Assembly (NCBI GenBank): GCA_963735255.1
Contig: CAVTKC010000003.1
Span: forward strand, 12,995-76,994
Reading direction: 5' to 3'
DNA: 64,000 bases
Origin: an uncultured Solirubrobacterales bacterium
GTDB lineage: Bacteria > Actinomycetota > Thermoleophilia > Solirubrobacterales > 70-9
Shown here one piece after another: positions 44,405 through 52,524 of this stretch (the first letter of the stretch is position 1; each line of letters begins with the position of its first letter). Made by a program: the position numbers and the translations under genes. Under the pieces are notes generated by a model. That model was given only the letters and a program-made list of their open reading frames with translations. It was not told the DNA's origin and did no database searches.

Positions 44405-44943
44405 CCCTTCTCCCTTTCCCCCCGCGCCCGTTCCCTCTGCACGTCGGCGATGACGATGTACTCCTCGACCATCAGCCTGTCCTTGGGACGGTTGGCAGCG
44501 CGCTTCATCGCAATCAGGTGGTCGAGCGACGCGACGCGAACAGGGACTCCGTGAACCTCCATCTCCTCCGCTGCGCTTAAGAGCTCGTCGAACGAGCGAA
44601 TCCCGGCCACGTCAGCAAGGACGTCCAGATCTCCGTAAGGGGTGATGAAGGTGAAGTTGGCCCCGTTTTCGATCGTCTGCTCATCGAGGTGAAAGGTCAA
44701 GTCCGGTGGCGCTCCCCGCAGACGAACGCCGATCTCTTCCAGCGCGGCGACGAGCCTGGACACGTTGGCGCGGCTGCGGGCGTAGACGACATCCAGGTCG
44801 TAGCTCGGATAGGTAGAGCCTCGCGCAATCCCCGCCATTCCACCGATCAGGACAAACTCGACGCCATGGCGCACGAGTGGCTCCAGCAGCCTCGGCAGTT
44901 CTGGAGCCTGCTGTGGAAGTGACCGATCGGTCATCCCGACCAT
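44401..44943 (-). CDS. Minimal nucleotidyltransferase (Pol-beta superfamily) protein, toxin-antitoxin-like partner of the upstream XRE gene
   Basis: VLIGGMAGIARGSTYPSYDLDVVY (G-x-A..D-x-D NTase motif)...SLDHLIAMKRAANRPKDRLMVEEY. Overlaps the XRE gene by 13 nt. Confidence 0.7.
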   Translation of the reverse strand: MVGMTDRSLPQQAPELPRLLEPLVRHGVEFVLIGGMAGIARGSTYPSYDLDVVYARSRANVSRLVAALEEIGVRLRGAPPDLTFHLDEQTIENGANFTFITPYGDLDVLADVAGIRSFDELLSAAEEMEVHGVPVRVASLDHLIAMKRAANRPKDRLMVEEYIVIADVQRERARGEREKG

Positions 44944-45263
44944 CCAGGCCGCTTTGGATTGGGACTCATCCCGATCACCTGGTTCGCGAAGGCGATGCCG
45001 TAATCGAGGCGTTGAGACGGGCTGCGTCTCAGCGCCGATTCGTTCAGCGTGCGATCGATCCCGAAATCGCGCACCTCGGAATCCAAGGCGAGTTCCTCCC
45101 CTAGGAGGTAGAGCAGCTCACGAAGGGTCTCGATCGATGGCGAGACGCGGTCGCGCTCGATGCGGGAGATCGCCGACTGGGTGGTTCCCGCTCGGACAGC
45201 CAGTTCGTGCTGGCTGACCCCATGTCGATCGCGGACTTCCTTAAGTAGCCGTCCTGGTGACAT
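44931..45263 (-). CDS. XRE-family helix-turn-helix protein (110 aa)
   Basis: LKEVRDRHGVSQHELAVRAGTTQSAISRIERDRVSPSIETLRELLYLLG. Confidence 0.88.
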   Translation of the reverse strand: MSPGRLLKEVRDRHGVSQHELAVRAGTTQSAISRIERDRVSPSIETLRELLYLLGEELALDSEVRDFGIDRTLNESALRRSPSQRLDYGIAFANQVIGMSPNPKRPGWSG

Positions 45264-45300
45264 AGAAGAAATATAGCTTATTTGTACTTATTTAATATTC
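45264..45300 (-). promoter_or_regulatory. AT-rich promoter/operator region of the XRE-NTase cassette
   Basis: On the minus strand: AAATAAG-tac-AAATAAG (direct repeats 10 bp apart, 45277-45293). A TATATT -10-like hexamer ends 6 nt before the ATG, which suggests a leaderless mRNA. This is the most AT-rich stretch in the window. Confidence 0.5.
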
Positions 45301-45345
45301 GCTATGCATTTTCGGTCACCCCCTCCCCTTCTCTTCGCGCTAGCG

Positions 45346-45361
45346 TTGGCTGCACAGCCAA
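45346..45361. promoter_or_regulatory. Perfect palindrome TTGGCTG-CA-CAGCCAA upstream of the aldehyde dehydrogenase gene
   Basis: Read directly from the sequence, 31 nt upstream of ATG 45392. Confidence 0.35.
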
Positions 45362-45391
45362 AAGGGTGAGCGAGAGTTGAGGAGGAAGGTC

Positions 45392-46828
<1,437 letters not shown>

Positions 46829-46832
46829 GGGG

Positions 46833-46895
46833 GCGCCGTGGGGGGAGGCACCTGCGAGCGAGGTCTACGTTCTCGGTACCTCCCCCCACGGCGCT
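46833..46895. terminator. Long GC-rich hairpin (20-bp stem with 1 mismatch, 23-nt loop) after the ALDH stop: an 'empty' version of the repeat stems
   Basis: GCGCCGTGGGGGGAGGCACC (46833-46852) pairs with GGTACCTCCCCCCACGGCGC (46876-46895). Starts 5 nt after the stop. No U-tract. Confidence 0.5.
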
Positions 46896-46923
46896 CGAGC
46901 TCCAGCGCAAATAGGGTGACGGC

Positions 46924-48069
46924 GTGAACTTCGAGCTCAGCGACGAGCAGAGACTGCTGCGGGACACGGTTCGCGACTTCGCGCGGCAGGAGGTCAAGCC
47001 GGTGGCGGAGGAGCTGGACCGGACCAAGTCGTTCCCCTACGAGATCGTCGCGAAGCTCGGCGGGCTCGGGCTGATGGGGATCCCCTTTCCGCAGGAGTAC
47101 GGCGGCGGCGGGGCCGACACGCTTTCTTATGTGCTGGCGGTCGAAGAGCTGGCGCGGATCGACTCCTCGGTCTGCATCACGATGGCCGCCCATACCTCGC
47201 TGGGGACGATGCCGATCTATCTCTGGGGCAGCGACGAGCAGAAGGCCGAATGGCTGCCGCGGCTGTGCAGCGGCGAGCGCCTCGCCTCCTTCGGGCTGAC
47301 CGAGCCGGAGGCCGGCTCCGACGCCGGCAACGTCCGCACCACCGCCAAGCTCGGGGACGGCGAGTGGACCGTCAACGGCGCCAAGCAGTTCATCACCAAC
47401 GCCGGCACCGAGATCTCCGGCTGCGTCTCGATCACCGCCGTCACCGGCGAGAGCAACGGGCGCAAGGAGGTCTCGAACCTGATCGTCCCGGTCGGCACCC
47501 CCGGCTACGAGATCGGCGAGGGGTACCGCAAGATGGGCTGGAACGCGTCCGACACGCGGCCGCTCGCGTTCGAGGACTGCCGCCTGCCCGAGTCGGCCCT
47601 GCTCGGCCGCCGCGGCGAGGGCTTCAAGAACTTCCTCCACATCCTCGACGGCGGCCGCATCGGGGTCGCCGCGATGGGCGTCGGCCTCGCCCAGGGCGCC
47701 CTCGACGAGGCGATTGCCTACGCCAAAGAGCGCCAAGCCTTTGGCCAGCCGATCTCCAAGTTCCAGGCGATTCAGGCCAAGATCGCCGACCTCTCGGCCC
47801 AAATCGAGGCGGCCCGCCTGCTGACCTGGCGGGCGGCGCTGGAGAAGGACGCCGGCCAGTCGTTCACCCTCACCGCCGCCCAGGCGAAGCTGATCACCGG
47901 CCGCCTCGCCGTCAAAGCGACCGAGGAGGCGGTGCAGATCCACGGCGGCTACGGCTTCATCGAGGAGTACCCGGTGTGTCGGTTCTACCGGGACGCGAAG
48001 ATCCTCACGATCGGCGAGGGGACGGATGAGGTCCAGCAGATGGTGATCGCGCGGCAGTTGGGCTGTTAG
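46924..48069 (+). CDS. Acyl-CoA dehydrogenase
   Basis: FPYEIVAKLGGLGLMGIPFPQEYGG...FGLTEPEAGSD...QIHGGYGFIEEYPVCRFYRDAKILTIGEGT. Confidence 0.95.
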   Translation: MNFELSDEQRLLRDTVRDFARQEVKPVAEELDRTKSFPYEIVAKLGGLGLMGIPFPQEYGGGGADTLSYVLAVEELARIDSSVCITMAAHTSLGTMPIYLWGSDEQKAEWLPRLCSGERLASFGLTEPEAGSDAGNVRTTAKLGDGEWTVNGAKQFITNAGTEISGCVSITAVTGESNGRKEVSNLIVPVGTPGYEIGEGYRKMGWNASDTRPLAFEDCRLPESALLGRRGEGFKNFLHILDGGRIGVAAMGVGLAQGALDEAIAYAKERQAFGQPISKFQAIQAKIADLSAQIEAARLLTWRAALEKDAGQSFTLTAAQAKLITGRLAVKATEEAVQIHGGYGFIEEYPVCRFYRDAKILTIGEGTDEVQQMVIARQLGC

Positions 48070-48074
48070 TCGGC

Positions 48075-48230
48075 GGGAGCGGGACGGGGACCTTCTCCCC
48101 CGTTGAATTGAGTCGCGCACCCTTCGGGCGCGGCTCCGGATGTTGGTGCGCGCCTATGGCGCGCAGATATCGGATTGCATTTCCGCCGCTTCGCGACATT
48201 CACGGGGGAGGAGGTCCCCGTCCCGCTCCC
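48075..48230 (+). repeat. Structured repeat, core family A, copy A3 (forward; sense to the ACAD gene, starts 5 nt after its stop)
   Basis: Arms GGGAGCGGGACGGGGACCTTCTCCCCCGT (48075-48103) and ACGGGGGAGGAGGTCCCCGTCCCGCTCCC (48202-48230) form 29 bp with a single T:G position. Core: TGAATTGAGTCGCGCACCCTTCGGGCGCGGCTCC..GTGCGCGCCTATGGCGCGCAG..GGATTGCATTTCCGCCGCTTCGCGACATTC. Confidence 0.88.
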
Positions 48231-48366
48231 CAACGCAGAGCCCGGGAACGGCCGACCAGCCCCGCATCGAGTGTCGAGCAGTGGCTTAGCTCCAGCGCTA
48301 GCTTCCCCAAGGAGGGGCAGCAACGATTCACCACGAGTCACGGGTGCGGTTGCCCTGCGGCTGCCG

Positions 48367-48519
48367 GGGCGGAGTCGGGTGCGTGGCTGGGGGAATGTCG
48401 CCGCAGGCGGCGGAAATGCAATCCGGTATCTGCGCCGCGGCAGCGGCGCACCGACATCCGAGCTAAGCCCCGAAGGGGCGTGCTCGCCAATTCCCCCAGC
48501 CACGCACCCGACTCCGCCC
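48367..48519 (-). repeat. Structured repeat, core subfamily B, copy B1 (reverse; sense to and abutting the histidine kinase stop codon)
   Basis: Perfect 27-bp arms GGGCGGAGTCGGGTGCGTGGCTGGGGG (48367-48393) and CCCCCAGCCACGCACCCGACTCCGCCC (48493-48519). Reverse complement of the core: GAATTGGCGAGCACGCCCCTTCGGGGCTTAGCTCGG..TGCGCCGCTGCCGCGGCGCA..GGATTGCATTTCCGCCGCCTGCGGCGACATTC. Confidence 0.88.
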
Positions 48520-49371
48520 TCACGCCGACTTCAACGTGAACCGCACCCGCGTCCCCGGATGCCCGTCCTCGAGCCAGATCCGCCCCCCGTGCGCTTCGAC
48601 GATCGCCCGGGAGATCGCCAGGCCGAGGCCGGCACCGTCCTCGCCGCGCGAGTCGTCGCCGCGGTAGAAGGCCTCGAAGACCCGCTCGCCGGAGCCGGCG
48701 GGCACTCCCTCACCGTCGTCGGCGACCTCGACCTCGACGTCGCCGCCGGCCGGCCGGGCGCGGACGGTGACGCTGCCGTCGGCGGGGGTGTGGCGAATCG
48801 CGTTCTGGATCAGGTTGAAGAGGACCCGCTGCACCTTCTCGGCGTTGGCCTCTGCCAAAACGTGTCCGGCGGGCAGGTCGGCGGCGATCCGCACACCGCG
48901 CTCGGCCGCCGGCGCCCGCATCGCCGCCACGGTGTCGCCGATCAGGTCGCCGAGCTCGACCTGGCGCATCGTCCAGGAAATGTCCCCGGCCTCGATCCGC
49001 GAGAGCTCGAAGAGGTCGTCGATGAGGTCGCTGAGGACGGCGACGTGGGTGCGGATCTCCTTCAGGTAACGGTCGCGGGTCTCCCCCGTCGCGACCCCGT
49101 CATCGATCGACTCGACCAGCAGCCGCAGCGAGGCGAGCGGCGTGCGCAGGTCGTGCGAGGCCGCCGCGACCAGCTGGCGGCGCGCCTCCTCGATCTGCCG
49201 CCGCGAGCGCTCCTCCATCGCCAGCCGCACCGCCAGCGCCGTCGCCAAGGCGGCGCCGACCGCGGCCAGGACGGCGAGCAGGATCTGGTCGGCGCCCATC
49301 CGGCCGGGCACCGCGACCGCGGCAGCACCGGCGAGGAAAGACGCGACGGCGATGACGAGGGCGCGCTTCAC
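48520..49371 (-). CDS. Sensor histidine kinase, intramembrane-sensing type (two N-terminal TM helices, no extracytoplasmic domain or HAMP)
   Basis: AAASHDLRTPLASL (H-box)...LIQNAIRHTP (N-box)...DDGEGV..GAGLGLAISRAIVEAHGG (G-boxes). Confidence 0.9.
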   Translation of the reverse strand: MKRALVIAVASFLAGAAAVAVPGRMGADQILLAVLAAVGAALATALAVRLAMEERSRRQIEEARRQLVAAASHDLRTPLASLRLLVESIDDGVATGETRDRYLKEIRTHVAVLSDLIDDLFELSRIEAGDISWTMRQVELGDLIGDTVAAMRAPAAERGVRIAADLPAGHVLAEANAEKVQRVLFNLIQNAIRHTPADGSVTVRARPAGGDVEVEVADDGEGVPAGSGERVFEAFYRGDDSRGEDGAGLGLAISRAIVEAHGGRIWLEDGHPGTRVRFTLKSA

Positions 49372-50066
49372 GGCCGCAACCTGTAGCCGACACCCCAGAC
49401 CGTCTCGATGAAGCGCGGTTCGTCGGGGTCGTCGCCGAGCTTGGCGCGGAGCCGGCGGACGTGGACGGTGACGGTGCTGGTGTCGTTGAAGTACGGCTCG
49501 CCCCAGACCGATTCCATCAGCTGGTCGCGGGAGTAGACGCGGCCGGGGTGCTCGGCGAGATAGGCGAGCAGGTCGAACTCGCGCATCGTCAGCGACAGCT
49601 CCGCGCCGTCGAGCAGGACGCGGCGGCTCGCCGGCTCGATCCGCAGCGCCCCGTGGACGATCGGCGGCGCCTCGGAGTCCGGCGGCGAGACCCGGCGCAG
49701 CACGGCGTCGACGCGGGCGACCAGCTCGGCGGGCGAGAACGGCTTGACCACGTAGTCGTCGGCGCCCCGGCGCAGGCCCACCAGCCGGTCGGACTCCTCG
49801 CCACGCGCGGTCAGCAGGATCACCGCGATCCGCGGCCCCGGGCGCTCGTGCAGGCGGCGCATCACCTCGATCCCGTCGATCCCGGGCAGCATCAGGTCGA
49901 GCACCACGAGGTCGGGGTGGTGCTCGTCGGCCAGGCGCAGCGCCTCGGGACCGCTGGCGGCGCGGTGGGTCTCGTAGCCCGCCCGCTCCATGTAGCGGCC
50001 GACGACGTCGAGGATCGTCGGCTCGTCGTCGACGACCAGGACCGCGCCCTTGGAGGAGTCCGCCAT
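49368..50066 (-). CDS. OmpR/PhoB-family response regulator
   Basis: VLVVDDEPTI...DLVVLDLMLPGIDG...DDYVVKPFSP...IETVWGVGYRL. 4-nt overlap with the HK start. Confidence 0.93.
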   Translation of the reverse strand: MADSSKGAVLVVDDEPTILDVVGRYMERAGYETHRAASGPEALRLADEHHPDLVVLDLMLPGIDGIEVMRRLHERPGPRIAVILLTARGEESDRLVGLRRGADDYVVKPFSPAELVARVDAVLRRVSPPDSEAPPIVHGALRIEPASRRVLLDGAELSLTMREFDLLAYLAEHPGRVYSRDQLMESVWGEPYFNDTSTVTVHVRRLRAKLGDDPDEPRFIETVWGVGYRLRP

Positions 50067-50103
50067 CGCCGCGATTGTCGCGCTCGCGCCGACGGACTCG
50101 CGG

Positions 50104-51861
50104 CTAGCCGAAGGTGAAGGCATATCCCTCCACCCCGCTTTCCGGCTTCAGGGTGAGGACGTGCCGGCCAACGGCGGGGAGGTCGACGAGGTTGTAGAGG
50201 CGGTGCGCGGAGACCGTGACGGTGCCGTCCTCGACATCCGCGCCGGCGTCGGCGGCGGCGATCGGCTTGCCGTCCAGCAGCACCTTGACCCGGCGCTCGC
50301 GCCCGGGCGAGCCCAGCACCAGATAGACACGGCGGGCACCGAAGTCGAGGTCGAGCGAGGCGCCGCCGGCCGCGGTCGCCGAGTCGAGCGCGATCCGCCA
50401 GTTGCCGCGGAAGGCGAATTCGCTTTCCCCCAGTCCATCCGGGGCACTGAAGTCGTGGGTTCCCGGCGACAGTTCGGGGTTGGTGAAGCGTTCGGCCCGG
50501 GCGGCGCCGAGGTAGGTCTCCGGCGTGGTCACCGTCGCCGAGGGAGCGACCGCGTGCACGCTCGTCTCCTTCGCCCCGACCTTGTCGCCGGCTTCGGCCA
50601 ACAGCTCGCGGATCACCTTCTCTTTCTCCCCGTATTCGCCCTCGCCGAAGTGGGCGTAGCGGACGCGGCCGCGGGCATCGATGAAGTACTCGGCCGGCCA
50701 GTACTGGTTGCCGTAGGCGTTCCAGGTCGCCTGTTCGTTGTCCTGGGCGACCGGATAGCGGATCTCGTTTTCGCGGATCGCCGCTTCGACGTTGCCGGCT
50801 TCGCGCTCGAAGGGGAACTCCGGCGTGTGGACGCCGACGATCGTCAGCCCGTCTTTGCGGTAGCGCGCGTCCCAGGCCTTCAGGTAGGGAAAGGTGCGGA
50901 TGCAGTTGATGCAGCTGTAGGTCCAGAAGTCGACGAGGACGACGCGGCCGCGCAACGAGGCGAGGCTGAGCGGGCGATCGCCGGGGGTGTTGAACCAGCG
51001 CTCGTTGCCGACGAATTCGGGCGCCTCGCCCAGCACCGGCAGGCCGGAGTTCGGACCGGCGCCGGGGTCCTGAGGGGAGATGCTCGCCGCCCGGGCACCG
51101 ATGCCGTGGGCCGAGCCGCCGCGGATGTCGGCCAGCGCCGTCTGCGCGGCGGCGGTGTCCTCGAGCCCTTCGCTGGGATTGACGAGGAAGCCCGGCAGGT
51201 CGCTGGCGATCCGGTTCTGGAAGCGGATGTCGTAGTTGCCCAGCATCGCCAGGGCGACGACGACCATCACCGCGCCCATCGCGACCTGCAGGCCGACGCC
51301 GCGCCGGGCCAGCGGCCGGACCACGCGGCGGCCGCCGAGCATGAGGAAGTAGAGGACGACCGCGGAGCCAATCCCGTAGCTGAGGGCGACGGCGAGGCGA
51401 CCGGTGCTGAACGACTGCGAAGCCGAGACGGTGATGACCCCGGCCAGGATCGGGCCGGCGCAGGGCGCGTAGACGAGCCCGAGGCTGGCCCCCACGGCGG
51501 TCCCCGACCAGAAACCGTCGCCCTTGCCCTGCGCCACCCCCGCCCGGCTCGCGAACTGACTCATCCAGGCCTCCAGCCGGGCGGCGAGCGGCGGGATCAT
51601 CAACGTGATCCCGAAGCCGAGCAGGACGACGATCGCCAGCTTGCGGAGGAAGTCGTTGGGCAGCCCGAGGGCGGAGATCACGTAGACCAGCGCGACCGTG
51701 GCGAAGGTGAACGACACGGCCAGGCCGGCGACGATCCCGAGCGGCCGCCGGCGGCCGCCGGTCGCGCCCGCTGAGAGCGCGATCGGCAGCACCGGCAGCA
51801 CGCAGGGCGACAGCGCCGTGGCGGCGCCGGCGACAAAGCCGAAGAGGATCAGCAGGGCCAT
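50104..51861 (-). CDS. DipZ-like fusion: CcdA/DsbD-type thiol:disulfide transmembrane transporter, thioredoxin-like (TlpA/redoxin) domain, and a C-terminal beta-rich domain
   Basis: TALSPCVLPVLP and VYAPCAGPIL (the two CcdA Cys motifs). VLVDFWTYSCINCIRTFP (CxxC Trx). C-terminal NWRIALDS...VYLVLG. Same architecture as Mtb DipZ as I recall it. Confidence 0.85.
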   Translation of the reverse strand: MALLILFGFVAGAATALSPCVLPVLPIALSAGATGGRRRPLGIVAGLAVSFTFATVALVYVISALGLPNDFLRKLAIVVLLGFGITLMIPPLAARLEAWMSQFASRAGVAQGKGDGFWSGTAVGASLGLVYAPCAGPILAGVITVSASQSFSTGRLAVALSYGIGSAVVLYFLMLGGRRVVRPLARRGVGLQVAMGAVMVVVALAMLGNYDIRFQNRIASDLPGFLVNPSEGLEDTAAAQTALADIRGGSAHGIGARAASISPQDPGAGPNSGLPVLGEAPEFVGNERWFNTPGDRPLSLASLRGRVVLVDFWTYSCINCIRTFPYLKAWDARYRKDGLTIVGVHTPEFPFEREAGNVEAAIRENEIRYPVAQDNEQATWNAYGNQYWPAEYFIDARGRVRYAHFGEGEYGEKEKVIRELLAEAGDKVGAKETSVHAVAPSATVTTPETYLGAARAERFTNPELSPGTHDFSAPDGLGESEFAFRGNWRIALDSATAAGGASLDLDFGARRVYLVLGSPGRERRVKVLLDGKPIAAADAGADVEDGTVTVSAHRLYNLVDLPAVGRHVLTLKPESGVEGYAFTFG

Positions 51862-51864
51862 GGC

Positions 51865-52035
51865 TCAGTGCATCGCCGGGCCGTGCTCCATCGCGTGGCC
51901 GTGGTGCTTCATCGCGTGGCCGTGGTGCTTCATCGCGTGGCCGTGCTTCTTGGCGGCGCTCGCGCCCGTGCCGCCGAAGGCGACCAGCCCGAAGACCGCC
52001 ACCGCCGTGATCGTCAATGCCCTTCTCAACCGCAT
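51865..52035 (-). CDS. Small secreted His/Met-rich peptide (56 aa), first gene of the DipZ two-component operon; NOT in the supplied ORF track
   Basis: Manual translation: GGAAGGAGcaag-ATG MRLRRALTITAVAVFGLVAFGGTGASA|AKKHGHAMKHHGHAMKHHGHAMEHGPAMH-TGA. It has a signal peptide, three HGHAM(K/E)H repeats plus a degenerate fourth (HGPAMH), a strong RBS, and its stop lies 3 nt before the dipZ ATG. Confidence 0.7.
   Translation of the reverse strand: MRLRRALTITAVAVFGLVAFGGTGASAAKKHGHAMKHHGHAMKHHGHAMEHGPAMH
51889..51948. repeat. 21-nt tandem repeat CATCGCGTGGCCGTGGTGCTT x2 plus a 3-nt-shorter third unit (encodes the HHGHAMK repeats)
   Basis: Read directly from the sequence. In-frame repeats lie inside the small peptide gene. 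Confidence 0.85.
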
Positions 52036-52119
52036 CTTGCTCCTTCCGTGGGAGGTCCGTTAGCCGCCCAAGCTAGAAAGGAAATGTGACGAGGAGAGAA
52101 ACGGCGGCGGCGCGGCGGA

Positions 52120-52524
52120 TCAGTCGGCGATCGGCGAGGCGGTGACCGCGGCGGCGGCCCGCCCGGCGACCTCCGCTGCGCGCCCGACGCTCTCGTCGGC
52201 GCCGAAATGGGCGCAGATCGCCAGCTCGTGCTCGCGCCGCAGCGGCCGCGTCGGGTCGACCGCCGGCGCCGCCTTCAGCGCACCGCCGTCCTCCGCGACC
52301 CAGACCCCGAAGGCCGCGCCCGCGCAGCTGCGCAGCGGCACCGCGACCAGCTTGGTGTTGCGCCAGCGGCCGAGCTTGGCGATCAGCCAGGCCGGCTCGC
52401 CGCTCTCGGCGTCGACGAAGAGTCCCGCGACCTCGCCGACCCCCTTGGCGCCGAGATCCCGGACCTCGGCGCCGATCCAGGCCCGGGCCTCGCCCAGCGA
52501 GGGCATCGCCGCGGCCTCAGCCAT
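52120..52524 (-). CDS. PRC-barrel domain protein
   Basis: GAEVRDLGAKGVGEVAGLFVDAESGEPAWLIAKLGR...VAVPL resembles PRC-barrel proteins. Overlaps the meaB stop by 8 nt. Confidence 0.6.
   Translation of the reverse strand: MAEAAAMPSLGEARAWIGAEVRDLGAKGVGEVAGLFVDAESGEPAWLIAKLGRWRNTKLVAVPLRSCAGAAFGVWVAEDGGALKAAPAVDPTRPLRREHELAICAHFGADESVGRAAEVAGRAAAAVTASPIAD

Noticed and set aside
46896-46908. Recurring AGCTCCAGCGC / GCTCCAGC motif next to several hairpins (46898, 48288, 59934, 2033)
   Set aside because: An 8-11-mer of this composition is expected several times by chance in 128 kb of GC-rich sequence. It also occurs inside coding regions (e.g. near 52540), so it is not treated as part of the repeat unit.
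48075-48519. CRISPR array or integron attC interpretation of the repeated palindromes
   Set aside because: There are no regularly spaced short direct repeats with unique spacers. The units are about 150 nt, inverted and dispersed. attC R''/R' boxes (RYYYAAC/GTTRRRY) are absent, and there is no integrase or cas gene in the window.
51698-52089. Plus-strand ORFs with repeated WPWCFIA / HRVAVVL strings
   Set aside because: They are the antisense translation of the 21-nt tandem repeat inside the minus-strand His/Met-rich peptide gene. That gene has a signal peptide, a strong RBS and operon context.
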